Assembly (NCBI RefSeq): GCF_018350175.1
Contig: NC_058369.1
Span: forward strand, 18,912,001 to 18,976,000
Length of the DNA stretch: 64,000 nt
Reading direction: 5' to 3'
From: Felis catus
Lineage: Eukaryota
Numbering within the stretch: the stretch's first letter is position 1; each line of letters starts with the position of its first letter. Shown here piece after piece: positions 25,001-37,000 of the stretch. The translations under genes were made by a program, and so were the position numbers. The notes below the pieces were generated by a model. The model did not search any database. It was not told the origin of the DNA and saw only the letters and a program-made list of their open reading frames with translations.

Positions 25001-27299
25001 CATTGAGGGAGTGACTGGTGAGGCCAGTGTCCCAGGAAGATCCCAAAGTTTGGAATGGGGCAATATCTGGGGCCCTTGTGTGTGACCCCAGAGGGCCTTT
25101 GGGTCCCTGGGAAAATTCTCTGAAAGGCTGGGACTGAGGCATAAGGAGGATCTCAGACTAGACTCATGGTCCCCCATCAAAGCGGGTCGGTCTACCCCAT
25201 GCATGCTCTCCAGGTGCCAGGCAACAGTGACACCAATGGGCAGTCAAGAGGCTGTGAGTCATCTGCAGCTTCCTCAGCCCCAGCTCCCATCCTAGCCTCC
25301 CTCCAGCCTTTACTGGCACCTGTTGCCCCCAGCCCCCCCTGGGCTGTGATAGGGGGAGATGAGGCAGGGGAGCTGGTACCTTCTTTCCACAACTCATGGT
25401 GGAAAGACTGGACTCCCAAAGCCCCAGAAGAAGCCTCTGCTCGCCCCATCCCATCCTAGTGGCGGGCCTAGGCCCACCATGGCCACCAGTAAACTTCCCC
25501 TTGCACCAGCCACCCACCATGCCTGAGATACTAGTCAGGCCTCCCCCAGGGGAAAGGCAGCTCAGCCTTCACTGGCTTGGAAGCCACTCAGAAACGTTCT
25601 AGTTCCCCCAGCCCATCTGGGGCCTAGAACTAACCCCCCCTTCTTCTTCTCCCTGGTGGCCCAGTCAGGAATTTGAAACCCTGAAACAGTTCCAGTTTCT
25701 GACACTCCAGCTGAAATTGTGACTATTCGGGTGGCTCTGAGAATGGAGCTCAGAGCTTGGGGGCTGCAGCACTGGGAGGGGGTGCAGCTGTGCCATGATC
25801 CAGGAGCCCAAGCACCTGCTTAACTAGGCCCCTTCCCTGGAGAATCCTGGGAAGCCCAGAGGCCCAGAGGCCCTTGGCTCAGAAATATGTCCAAAGCCCC
25901 ACATTCTGGCTGCACAGGAGAGCTGATACCTGGAGCTATCCTCCATCTGCCTTCTCTGAGAGTCCTCTCCTGCTAAGCTCCCCTCCCAAGCAGAGACCCC
26001 TTCTTCTCCAAGCCCCTCTCTTATGAGCAGATGAGACAGTGGTCCATGAGTTTCAAGGGCTCAGTGGAGAAGGAGCCTCAGTCCAGCTTCAGAGAGGCCC
26101 CTGGGCCTTCTCCTCACTCTCCACCCAGGGCGGGGAGCTCTGGATGACCTTCAGATCCCCAGCATGAGGTCAGAGCAGGAGGACTGCAAGTTGGAGGGAT
26201 GGAGACGGCCCTTTCCAACTAGTATGGCGACTATGGCTGTCAGGGGTACTCTAGGACATTTCACTCATCTCTCTTGTAGCCTCAGGGTGACACAATTGAT
26301 TCCCCCCACCACACACACACAACACGCACACACAGGGACCAGGGGTCTCTGGCTGAACATGCAGGGCTATAAGACATCCTCTATGACTGAGTAGGGATCA
26401 GAGATACAGTGGTAAACAGGCAGATAGAGTCCATCTCTCCAGATCATAGACCCCTGATCTTTGGAACCCTCCACTTGAGCAGAAGATCCCCTTTTAAGCT
26501 TTACCCACATGTCCTCAGGATCCTTAGTCTCCCCATGGCAGGGCCTCCTATGGGTAGAGAACAGTTGGGAAGCTCCAGTCCCAAGGAAACCCCCACTCTA
26601 TTTACCAGGGAGCTCTTGCTTCAAACCCAGTGTTACATGTGTGACAGGGCAAAAAGTTGGCACCTCACAGGAGAGGGAGCTTGCTCCCCTTAGGATGAGC
26701 TGGGGTCCCCCAACTGGTGGGAGGGAGGTTACAGGGGTCCTGTGTAAGAGAGAAGAACCACCATGATGCATGCCCTGGGCCCAGTCACTGACATCCAAGC
26801 TGTGCCCTTAGCATCAAGGGTGTGGGAGAAGAGTGGTACAAGGAGGAAAGTGTTCTCGCTCTCCAGTGGAGTCTGCCCCTCTAGTGGCTATTGTGCAGTG
26901 GTCTTGATGAGTATAAATAGCCTGGGCAGTCTAGCATCTTGAAGCTGGTGCCTTAAAAGTGTGGTGAGGCCTTGCTGTTGGCTCATCTCTCTCAAGGCTA
27001 TAAGGGCAATGCTGGTAGGCTTTGAGGTAGGGGAGCCGGTCTCTATGTCCTGACAGTGTGTGGCGGCGGGGGGTGGGGGGGGGGGAGCTGCAGGCAGGGC
27101 AGGGAGCACTGAGAGCAGCCGGGGCCTGGGGAAAGGGACAGACATGGGCTGGGCAGTGGAAGAAGCCATTCTGACTACTGCATGCCTGGGTACTCAACCC
27201 ACCCCTCTTGGTTCCATCAAGAAGTCCCCAGGGCCCCGTAACCTGAATTAGCACCTTGCCCTACCCTTCCTGTTCTCTGGAGCCTTCTTACTGATCCAA

Positions 27300-27625
27300 C
27301 CCCTTTCCAGCCTCAGAGTCTTTGCATGTGCTGCTCACTTTGCCCAAAACTGTCTTCCCCCACCTCTGCTTCTGGCACAGTTCCTACCTGACAGGGTTAT
27401 AGCAGAAATGTCACCTCCTGGGGAGGCTTCTTTCACCTCTATTCTCTCTCTAAAGCTGACCTCCATTCCCTCAAAGCAGCCTGTCTTTCTTTCATAGCAT
27501 TGACCACAATTTGCACTTGATGATTCGTTGGTTCATTTACTAATTCAAGGGCCAGTGTCTGTGCGGTCACTGTTAAGTCCCCTGTGCCCAGAAGGTCAAG
27601 CACACACCAGGTATGCCGTAAATAC
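27300..27625 (+). mobile_element. L2 LINE 3' fragment overlapping MST1R 3'UTR end
   Basis: L2-like phrases tttgcatgtgctg, aaatgtcacctcct..gaggct, ttcatagcatt.accacaat, gtgcccag...gcacac...aaata; approximate. Confidence 0.55.
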
Positions 27626-27837
27626 TCCTCGCATCAAGGATCATCCTCACTGCTCCCTCTCTGGAGTGAAGGGACAAGTGCCTTGCTCCCTCCTGTCACC
27701 CCTGAAAGTTAAGGGGGCAGGGACAGGGCAGAAGCCAGCTCAGGCTGCCCCTGGCCTGGCATGGCCTAGAGACAGTTTGGGATTAACTCCCTGGCTGTTA
27801 GGCAGGTCCAATCCCTGGGGCCTGCCTAGGGCAGAGG

Positions 27838-28093
27838 TCACGTGGGCTGTGGTGGCTCTGAGGAAGGCCAGGGCCGACGTGCGATCCTGTGCACAGGTGG
27901 GGTCTGCGACTGTTCTGGGTGCATGTTGGCCTCATCCGAGGCACCAGGACCCAGGTTCACATAGGCTGCAGGCAGCTGCACGTAGTGGTCCCCAAGCAGT
28001 CTGGCCGCCACGTGCTCCACTTCCTCCACCAGCGCTGAGAATGTGGGTCTCCCTGCAGGGTCCGCAGCCCAGCAGCGCTGCATCACTGCGTAC
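27838..28093 (-). CDS. MST1R: MST1R exon 20 (coding part)
   Basis: YAVMQRCW...[11 protein letters not shown]...PQPT*, TGA at 27840-27838. Confidence 0.92.
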
Positions 28094-31000
28094 CTGTGGG
28101 GAGGGGGGCATGTCAGAGGCAGGGCACATCGCCACCCAGAGATTCCAGGCTGCCCACCTGCTCTTAATCCTCTGGCAGGCCACACAGGAACGAGAACAGG
28201 CAACAGGGCCTAGTGCAGAGCATTGCCCAGTCAGAGGCAGCTCTTCTCAGCGTTGTGATTGCTGTTCCAGTCTTGCCTCCCCACCGTGGCAGAGGTTGAA
28301 TTGCCCCAGGGATTAAGAGCTTGGACTCCTGAGCCCCGGTGTGACCTGAGCAATGTGATCTTGGGCAAGATTCTTAACCTCTCTGTGTCTCTGGATCCTC
28401 CTCTGATCACAGAGCTGTGGCGGCATAGGGTGGGAGGATGCCTGTGAAGCGCTTACTTAGCTTAAGGCGCAGCTCACAGGCTATCAGTTATCATCTTAGG
28501 TCTTCTAGGAAGGAAGCCCATGTCCAGTGAAATGGAGATTAAAAGTCCTGAGACATGGACATGTGGGATGCCCAGCCATTGTTTCTGTGGGTTTACCTGG
28601 TGGGCCCCAATACATGCCTCTTCATCTTGGAAATGCTGCCTCTGCCTTAAATGACACTAAGTGCCCTACACACAATAATCTCATAATTCTCAGACTCTGA
28701 GGGTGGTGCTGTCATCATCCAAACTTTACAGATAAGGACACTGAGGCCTCAAGTGGAAAAGAGACTTGGTCTGGTCTAGTGGATGCTGTGATGGTCCACC
28801 CAGATCCCCCCTTCATCCTCCCAGTGGGTGCTGCTGACCCTTGGCTAAAGCCCTCCCTAGGAATCACCCCAGGCAGAAAGTAACTGCCTCCCCCAAGCTC
28901 ACACTATGACCAGTGACTTATTAATGTCCAGTACAAGGACCTGGCCCCTTGATCTAAATTTTGTAAAACTCTGGGGCTCCTGGATGGCTCAGTTGGTTAA
29001 GCGTTTGACTTCAGCTCAAGTCACAATCCCGCAGTTTGTGGGTTCCAGCCCTACACTGGGCTCTGTGCTGACAGCTCAGAGCCTGGAGCCTGCTTCAGAT
29101 TCTGTGTCTCCCTTCTCTCTGCCCCTCCCCTGCTCACACACTATCTCTCTCTCTCTCTCTCTCTCAAAAAACATTAAAAGGGGCACCTGGGTGCCCAGTC
29201 GGTGGTCAGTCGGTTAAGCAACCGACTTCAGCTCAGGTCATGATCTTGCAGTTTGTGAGTTCAAGCCCCACGTCAGGCTCTGTGCTGACAGCTCAGAGCC
29301 TGGAGCCTGCTTCAGATTCTGTGTCCCCTCTCTCTGCCCCTCCCCTGCTCATGCTCTGTCTCTTTCTCCCCAAAATAAATAAACATTAAAAAGATTTTTT
29401 TAATTAAAAAATATAAAATAAAAAAATACATATATATATATATTTCTTAAAACTCCAAAGAGCCACCCCAGATCAAGCAGCCCCCTGGGCTATAGCCCAA
29501 GGATGGGCTATAGCCTCTGCGGCATCTGCATGGCAGCCCAACTTCTCCACCTGCCCAGTCCTGCTTCCCTGGGCTCTCTGCTTGCCTGGCTCTGACTGAT
29601 CCTTTGGTTGACCTGGAAAGGGACCCTCTCTGGGCCTCAGTTTCCTCATCTGTGGACTGGTTCCACCAGCATTTGGGGCTGGGAGGAGATCACAGTTGCC
29701 ATGGTAATAGTACTCCCCACTCAGAGGACTCAGGTTCCCCCAGTCTATCAATAAACTCCCTGTATATATAGCTCCAGGTGAGAGTCTGTTTCAGGGAACG
29801 TGACCCAGGGGCAGATGGGTAGTAAAGATGATTTCACTTACTTCAAACCAGAGGCATTAGTGAAATGAATAATAAAGATCAAACCCAAGGCAGGCAGGGG
29901 CTGGGAAGAAGGGTTACTCGTACCCTTCTAGAGCACAGTCTGAGATTGGAATCATCAACTACCTTTACCTGTGACCTGGTTCTTCCTGTTCTAACCACAA
30001 AGATCTGGGCACAGACAAGGCACGTGTACTGCTTCTGAAGCTGAACCCCGGCACAGACCCACTGGGCAGGCACAGTGACTGTTTCATAGTTGTCACCATG
30101 CCTTGGGATCAGGGAATCTGAAACTATATCCAGTAGGGAGATGTTGGGGGTGGGGGCTAGTGTGGGAGCTAATGGAACCTCTCTTTGAGGTTAAATGAAT
30201 GGAAAAGATGGAAAACAGGCCCCCCTTAGCGGGGGTGGGGTGAGGAGTGCTGAGAAATCAAATCACTGGCCTCAACCCAGACTCTGAGTGGGGAGTACTG
30301 TTACCATGGCAACCATGATCTCCTCCCAGCACTCAGCCCCAAATGCTGGTGGAACCAGTCCACAGATGAGGAAACTGAGGTCCAGAGAGGGTCCCTTTCC
30401 AGGTCAACCAGAGGATCAGTCCGAGAGCCAGGCAAGAACACTGTCTCCTGTCCCTTCCTTGTCTCTGGGGCCCAGCTCCCTCCCACTACCACCTCCACAT
30501 ACTCACAGAGAATCAGGACAATATTCAGGCTGGGGCAGGCGTCGGCCCTGGGCCAGGAAGTGAGTGAGGTCAAAAGGGTCAATGTGGGGGTATGGTGGGG
30601 CGCCCCGTGTCAGCAGCTCCCACAGCAGCACACCAAATGACCACTGTGGGAAGGAGAAAGGAGACTCAACTCTTACCCCAAATTTGGGGACAGGTGGGCC
30701 CCCCAGGTCCTCTATCTCCTAGAGTCCTCCAGCTGGAAATCAATCAGAGCCCGCTCCTCAGTATCTCATACGCATCTTTCCTCAGTCTCCTCTCATCACC
30801 AGACCCTGCCCAGAGTTGGGCCTGTAGGCCCTGTATTGTCTGCAAGGAGCCAATGAGTTCAGAGCCCCCTCTTGCCGGGGCAAGAGGGCTCTATCTTAGA
30901 CCTGCTCAAGAGGTGGGCAAATGGGCTGCGGGGGCTGCTCAGCTTAGGGATTCCCTGGGCTTAGATCATCATCTGGACCTAAAAGGGCAAGGCCAAGTGC

Positions 31001-34000
31001 TCTCCCAGGACACTGAGGCCATGTGGACTCTGGGGCAGGTGGGGCCTCACCACATCAGACTTGGTGGTGAATCTGTAGGTCTGCAGGCTCTCCAGTGCCA
31101 TCCATTTGACAGGGAGGCGAGCATGGCGATGCTGTCGAACACTGTAGTACTCCTTGTCCAGGATACCACGGGCCAGGCCAAAGTCAGCCACCTTGACTGT
31201 GAATGACTCATCCAGCCTGAGAGCAGGGGATCATACTCAGGACTGGCCCCCACCTGGCCCTAAACCCATTTACTCCAGGCCTTCACAGGGTTTCAGAGCC
31301 ACCGTGTCCAATCTAAGCCTGCACTGGGCAGATAGGAGAACTGAGGCCCAGAGAGGGGAGGACATGCCCAGGGCTGCACAGCAAGGGCTGGAGCGTGGGC
31401 CCTTCCCTGAGATGCCTTTGGGCAGCTGTGCACCCTGGTGCCCTGTTCCCTTCCTTCACCCCAAATGCTCCGGCCCCTCACATGCAGTTCCGAGCAGCCA
31501 GGTCCCTGTGCACAAACTTCTGCTCTGCCAGGTACTCCATGCCACGGGCTACCTGAAGGCCGAAGCTGATGAGGTCCTTCACCGTGGGGTTCTAGGGGCA
31601 CAGGTGGGTCGGTAGGCAAGGGCATAGCAACTCATCCCCAGCTGCTGCCCAAGTCTCCTGACCCGAACACTGACCCGCTGGGGTGAGCGGATGAACTGAA
31701 GCAGGTCTCCATGATGCATATAGGGTAGCAGCACCTGGGGCAGCCCTTCAGGGGGCAGCACAATACCGATGAGAGCCAGCACATTTGGGTGGTGCAGACC
31801 ACGCATGAGCAGCCCCTCGCGCAGGAAGGCCTCCACCTCCTGCACCTCTGTGATGCCTGTGGAGTGGCTTGAGTCAGACTCAGGGCAGGAAGACCCTTTG
31901 CCAGGGTCAGATGGAGGAATGGAGAAGAAAGTTCTCCTGTTCAGGGTTACTCAGCAAGGTGGTAGCACAGCAGGGACGGGGATCTTCCTAGCCTCTTCCC
32001 TACTTACGACTCAGCGACTTTATGGCACAATGGATTCGATTCTGGTCCTTGTCTGTGTATTCTCCATGGTAGACAACTCCAAAGTGGCCTGGTGAGGGGG
32101 AGATGGTGAGAGGGCCCCAATGCTCAGGGTGCACACCACACCCTCTCATTGGCAACCAAACCTCAGAGCACCAACTGGCCGATGTGACATTAAAAACAAA
32201 TAGCAGCTACATAATGACAGAGCCTGCACCCCTCCCATGCCTACTTAATCTGCACCAGAATCCACTGAAGACAGAACTAATTACTATTTCACAGATGAGC
32301 AAATGGAGGCTCAGAGAGGTTACGTGGTATTCCCAAGGTCACAAAGGTTGGTGGAAAGGCCAGAGCAGAGTCCTGCCCAAATGCCCCTTGAGTCCATGTC
32401 ATCTCAGGACTCCATCTCTGCCCCAGCCCCACCTGGCTTGGCCCCCATACCTTTGCCAATGATTCTGTCCCTGTGGGTGACCACCTGCTCATGTGAGATC
32501 AGCACATCCTTGACCTCGGTCAGGAGTGCAGAGTCTAAGTCCCCAAGCTGGATGGACTCTGTCTGCAACAGTGGGACACAGGAGCCGTCCCCACTGTCTG
32601 AGACGGATGCTTTGTGGCTCTGTGTGGTGGAATCCAGACCATGAGTGGCAGGGGCTGCTGTGGAGGAGAGGAAGTGAGGGGTCTGTGGAACAGAGGGTGT
32701 GGCCCCAGCTTTCAGCACCTCCCCCGTCTCACCAAGGCCATTTCTGTAGTCAGAACCTGAGCGGAGTGCAGGCAAGGGGATGGCTCCAGTGGTCCGGTCC
32801 AAGGATGCCAGGTCATCTAGGTTTGGAGAAAGGACTGTGGAAAGACAGCCCCTGGTGGCCAGCCTCTCCAAACTCAGTCCCCAGGAGGTATGGGCAGACC
32901 TCCAAGGCCTGGGCAGAAAGAGGACTTGGAGATGCCATGGTTTGGTATAGGCCAAGTCAGGAGGGGAGTGGAGAGCTCACCCAGTTGTTTCCTCCGCCAG
33001 TAGTTGAAGAACAGCGCAGCGGCCAGTGCAGCCACGAGCAGGAGCAGGGCCAGCAGGACACCAAGGAGTAGCCTCTGTGGGACCCCCTCTGGGCCTGGCC
33101 GTATCACCCTGCCCAGGATGTGACATCCATCATCCACACAGACCTGGGGGCAGGTGGCAGCTCAGGCCCAGCCTGCAAGCCCTGGCCCATGTCTCATGTG
33201 GAGAGCCAGCTGAGCTGCCTACCTGCAGTGGGGCGCCATCCTTGTCAAGTTGCAGGGAGGAAGGCAGAGGGCAGATGACCACATCCCCCCGGAGCTCATG
33301 CTGGCAGCTCTTACCACCCACGGTCACATTCACGTCCACACAATCAGCCACAGCGCCCAGCCCAATATACTGCAGAGAGTCATAAGGACTGGCCAGTGCC
33401 CCCATCTCCTCTGGGCAAGGCTTCAGCCCTAACCCTTCACCGTCCCTGCCCTCCATCCCCCACACTTACCTCAAACTTAACAGCGTGCTCCTCGGGCTTC
33501 AGTGGGGCAAAGTCAGTGGTGGGTGGATGGGGTGGGGGCAGGAAGCGAAAGCCGGGCTGCGTGAAGCCAGCAGCTCCATCCCACCAGGCACTCAGGTTCC
33601 CTGTTACCCACCCCTGGGGGCTTCGGACGACATATTCGGGCAGGCGGCACCGATGCTGCTCCGGGAGGTGCCCTGTACACTGCTAGGGCCCATGCGAGAG
33701 TGGTTAGCCAGGCATCCCACCTACGGCCACCCCAGTCTCCTCAGCCCAGCACGGGGTAGAGCTAGACCTCAGAGGATTGATCCAGCCTTCCTCCCTCCTG
33801 GCTAGTGTCCATTTGGCAGCTGCCAGTGACAGCTCACCCTGTTTTCCACTGCCATAAGCCCATCATGGAATGACAGCACTAGGTGCCACGCTGAAGTCAG
33901 ATGCTGGCCATGGATGGTGACATGGGAGCCACTGTGGAGGAAAGCAATGTGGTGGGCTTGGGGTGCTCTCTGAGGCTGCCTCCCTCATTCCTTAGGAGAC

Positions 34001-37000
34001 CAGAGTGGGCAAGGGGGTGGCACTTACATGTAGCCACAGTTGGGGCTGATGCCCAGCACAATGGGGTCTTCCAGGTAGTGGAAGGTCCAGGAGCCTGGCA
34101 CCACAGCGCCCCCCACCTGCAGGTGAATGGGAACCCTGGCCATAGCAGCCCCAGGGGGCGTAGTACATAAGAGCTGCCCCTCGCTGACCCTGCAGAACGG
34201 GGTGGGGGTAGGGGTGGGAGGATTGGTCTCAGGATCACCCTCCAGGTGATGGCCAGACCCACCTCCTTTAAGGTCTGCCAATCCCTCTCAGTTCTTCTGT
34301 TGGTCATTTTCCCACCCTGCCCATTATCAATGAGTCTGTTTGAAGACAGGGTCTTTAAGGCTTCCAAGAAGAAGGCAGGGCAGAAAAGGTTCCCCAAAGC
34401 CTTGGCTAGAGCCAGTTAACTCTGTGATGGGCTCTCTCACCATCCCCAAACCACCCGTGGGCTGGAGGGGGCAACAGACCCTTCCTCCCGGACCTGCTCC
34501 CTACACTGACCATTTGAGCTCTGCTCTCTCTGCCCTGGTAGGATCCAAGGCCCACCTGGTAAGGGCTCCCTGAATGGGGAGCCCTGTGGCCTCCCCTCCC
34601 CTTGCATGTTGGCACTTACTGTTCCAGTGGGCACTCAGTCCCATTGACCAGCACCATCTGACTGGTGCCTAAAGACAGGCCTTGGCCTTCAAAGGTGAGG
34701 CGGGTGCCCCCTGCCCGTGGGCCAAAGAGGGGTTTTACTGCTGTCAGCACTGGCTCCTAAGAAGACATAGAGGTGGCTTAGCTTGGCATAAAAGGCCTTC
34801 CACTCCAAGCCCTTCCTTGCCCACATTGCCTGGCTGGCCAAGGGTACAGACAAGGCAAGGTGGCCTCACCATGAAAGAGAAGCCTTGCAGCATGGAGGTG
34901 CCATCCACTTGGAAGTGCTTGCCTGGTGGCATGTTGGTCACAGTGAGGCTGATGTTGGCGGGCCCGGCTGGCTGCATGCCCAAGGGCTCCAGCTCACACT
35001 CAAGCTCCTCTACAAAGTCTTTCCGGGGTACTGGGCTAGGGTACCAGGGGAACCCAAGGTCAGCCAGGGGTCACACAGGCCTGGCTGTATGCCTGCTACA
35101 TACCACAGGTCTCCTCTGAGCCTGAGGATGGTATCTCTTTACTCATGCCTTCCTCCAAGGTAAGCAGGATCTGGTGAGGCAGGGACTAACCTTGCCCAGT
35201 TCCATGACTCAACAGACAGGTAGGGCATATGCAGGCTCAAGCAGGGACAGAGAGGTCTCCTTAGACACCAAGCAACCAGAGTCACTGCAGTTTGCCTGAT
35301 ATCTCCTTGCCCCCAGTAAGCAGAAGACAGGGTCTCACAGGGAAGGGGCTGCTTGGTCACCCCTGTCAGGGACAGGAAGCGCAGAGACCAGCTTGTACCT
35401 GAGGTTTGGGCTGTCCTTGGGCAGCAGTCGGCAGGGACTTTGGCCCACGGTGACCTGATGGGTGCCCTCAGGCACCAGATCAGCAGGGCGCAGGTAGAAG
35501 TTGGAGCCACACAGGGTCAGCCTTGTGCTGCCCCTTAGGGGTCCACTCTGGGGGTAGAACTGAAGAGAGGGAGAGAGCCTGAGTCCCTGTGTGCATCCGG
35601 GCTCTCAGCTGTCTGCTTTTCCCAGAGTTTTCTGCTATGCCCCTTGCCTGCCCTCCCTCCAAGTCTCCTAGGTCACTTGTAGTCCTCACTCAGGCACTTT
35701 TCTGCCTCTAAGTCTTTGCATGTGCCATCCCCTCTGACAAGAATACCCTCCTTGTTGATATTGGGGACATTCCAGGCCTGAGGATCATGGTTAACACATG
35801 CTGACCCCCACTCCAGGCCCAGCTTGTCCCACCCTTACCTGGGCCCTGCCAAGCAAGTCATACCTCAGTAAGCTCAGGTGGACAATGATCCTGTTGCCAG
35901 GAGCCAGGACACTCCTTCTGCCGGCCACACATGCCCCCACACCAGCCACAACCCATGAAACGCTGTGCCCGCAGACAACTCCCACAGGTGAGGAAGTGGT
36001 GGCAGCCAGGGCCCTGGATAGGTACCTGGAAGACCTTGGAGTGGCAGAGGGGTGGTTCATGGGTGGCTGGAGGGAGAACTAGACCCAGAGACTGCCTGGT
36101 CCCATTGTAGGTCAGGGTGGTGAGACCTGTATGTCAGTGCCTCCCTGGATTAGATGGGGAGGCTTTGTTTCCACAGCCCTGGCCCCAGGCCCTACCCTAG
36201 TCCCACCTTACCTGCTCCCCGGAGGAAAAGAACAGGTGGTCTCCAAGGCGACTGACATCTCGTTGTATGGGCTGCCTGTTGCTGCCCAGTGAGAAGTTGG
36301 ACACATACAGCAAGTAGTTGAGAGATCTGGCCAGCTCCACCTGGGATAGGTTAGCTGTGAGCAAAATGGAAATGGGGAAGGGGACCCAGGAACAAGGAGC
36401 TGTGGAGATGGGGGTCCTACCTGCAGGATGCGCCCATCAGTTGTGCCCATGTGGGCCACTGTGACATTGTCAAGGCGTGTCACATGCAGTGCAGTGACCT
36501 GTACTGGTCCTAATAGCCCGTTGAAGAGGTCCACACGTGATAGGCTGCTGCTAACCAGCAGAGGAAAGTGATGGCAGCTGGTGTTGGGGCTGGGGGCCTC
36601 CAGGCCAGGCTGAGGAGAGTCGGGTAAGGAGTCAGGGCTCATCCTCACACATTGGCCCCTTGGGATCTCTGTCAGTGACCACAGCAGCCCAAACCCCCAT
36701 CCCTTACCTGACTTGGCTGGATAAGACTCCAGGTCTGCCACTTACCCACCCCCTCCCACCTATGGGGCTCTCAGAGGTAGTAAGTCCAGGAAGGAAGGCC
36801 CAGGCTGGAAGGGCAGCGTCTGCTATGCCTTGCCCTGACCTGCCATGTCCATTCTGATAATGACTTAGAGTCTCACAGACCCAACCTCATTCTTGCCTCA
36901 CAACCACTGTGTAAAGTGGGTGCTTTCAACACCCCTATTTTGCAGATAAGGAAATGAGCTCAGAAACCGTTTGGTCACTTGTCCAAGGCCTTATAGGCCC

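Noticed and set aside
27528..28316. 262-aa + strand ORF
   Set aside because: Antisense shadow of MST1R exon 20 and UTR; starts at a non-ATG codon
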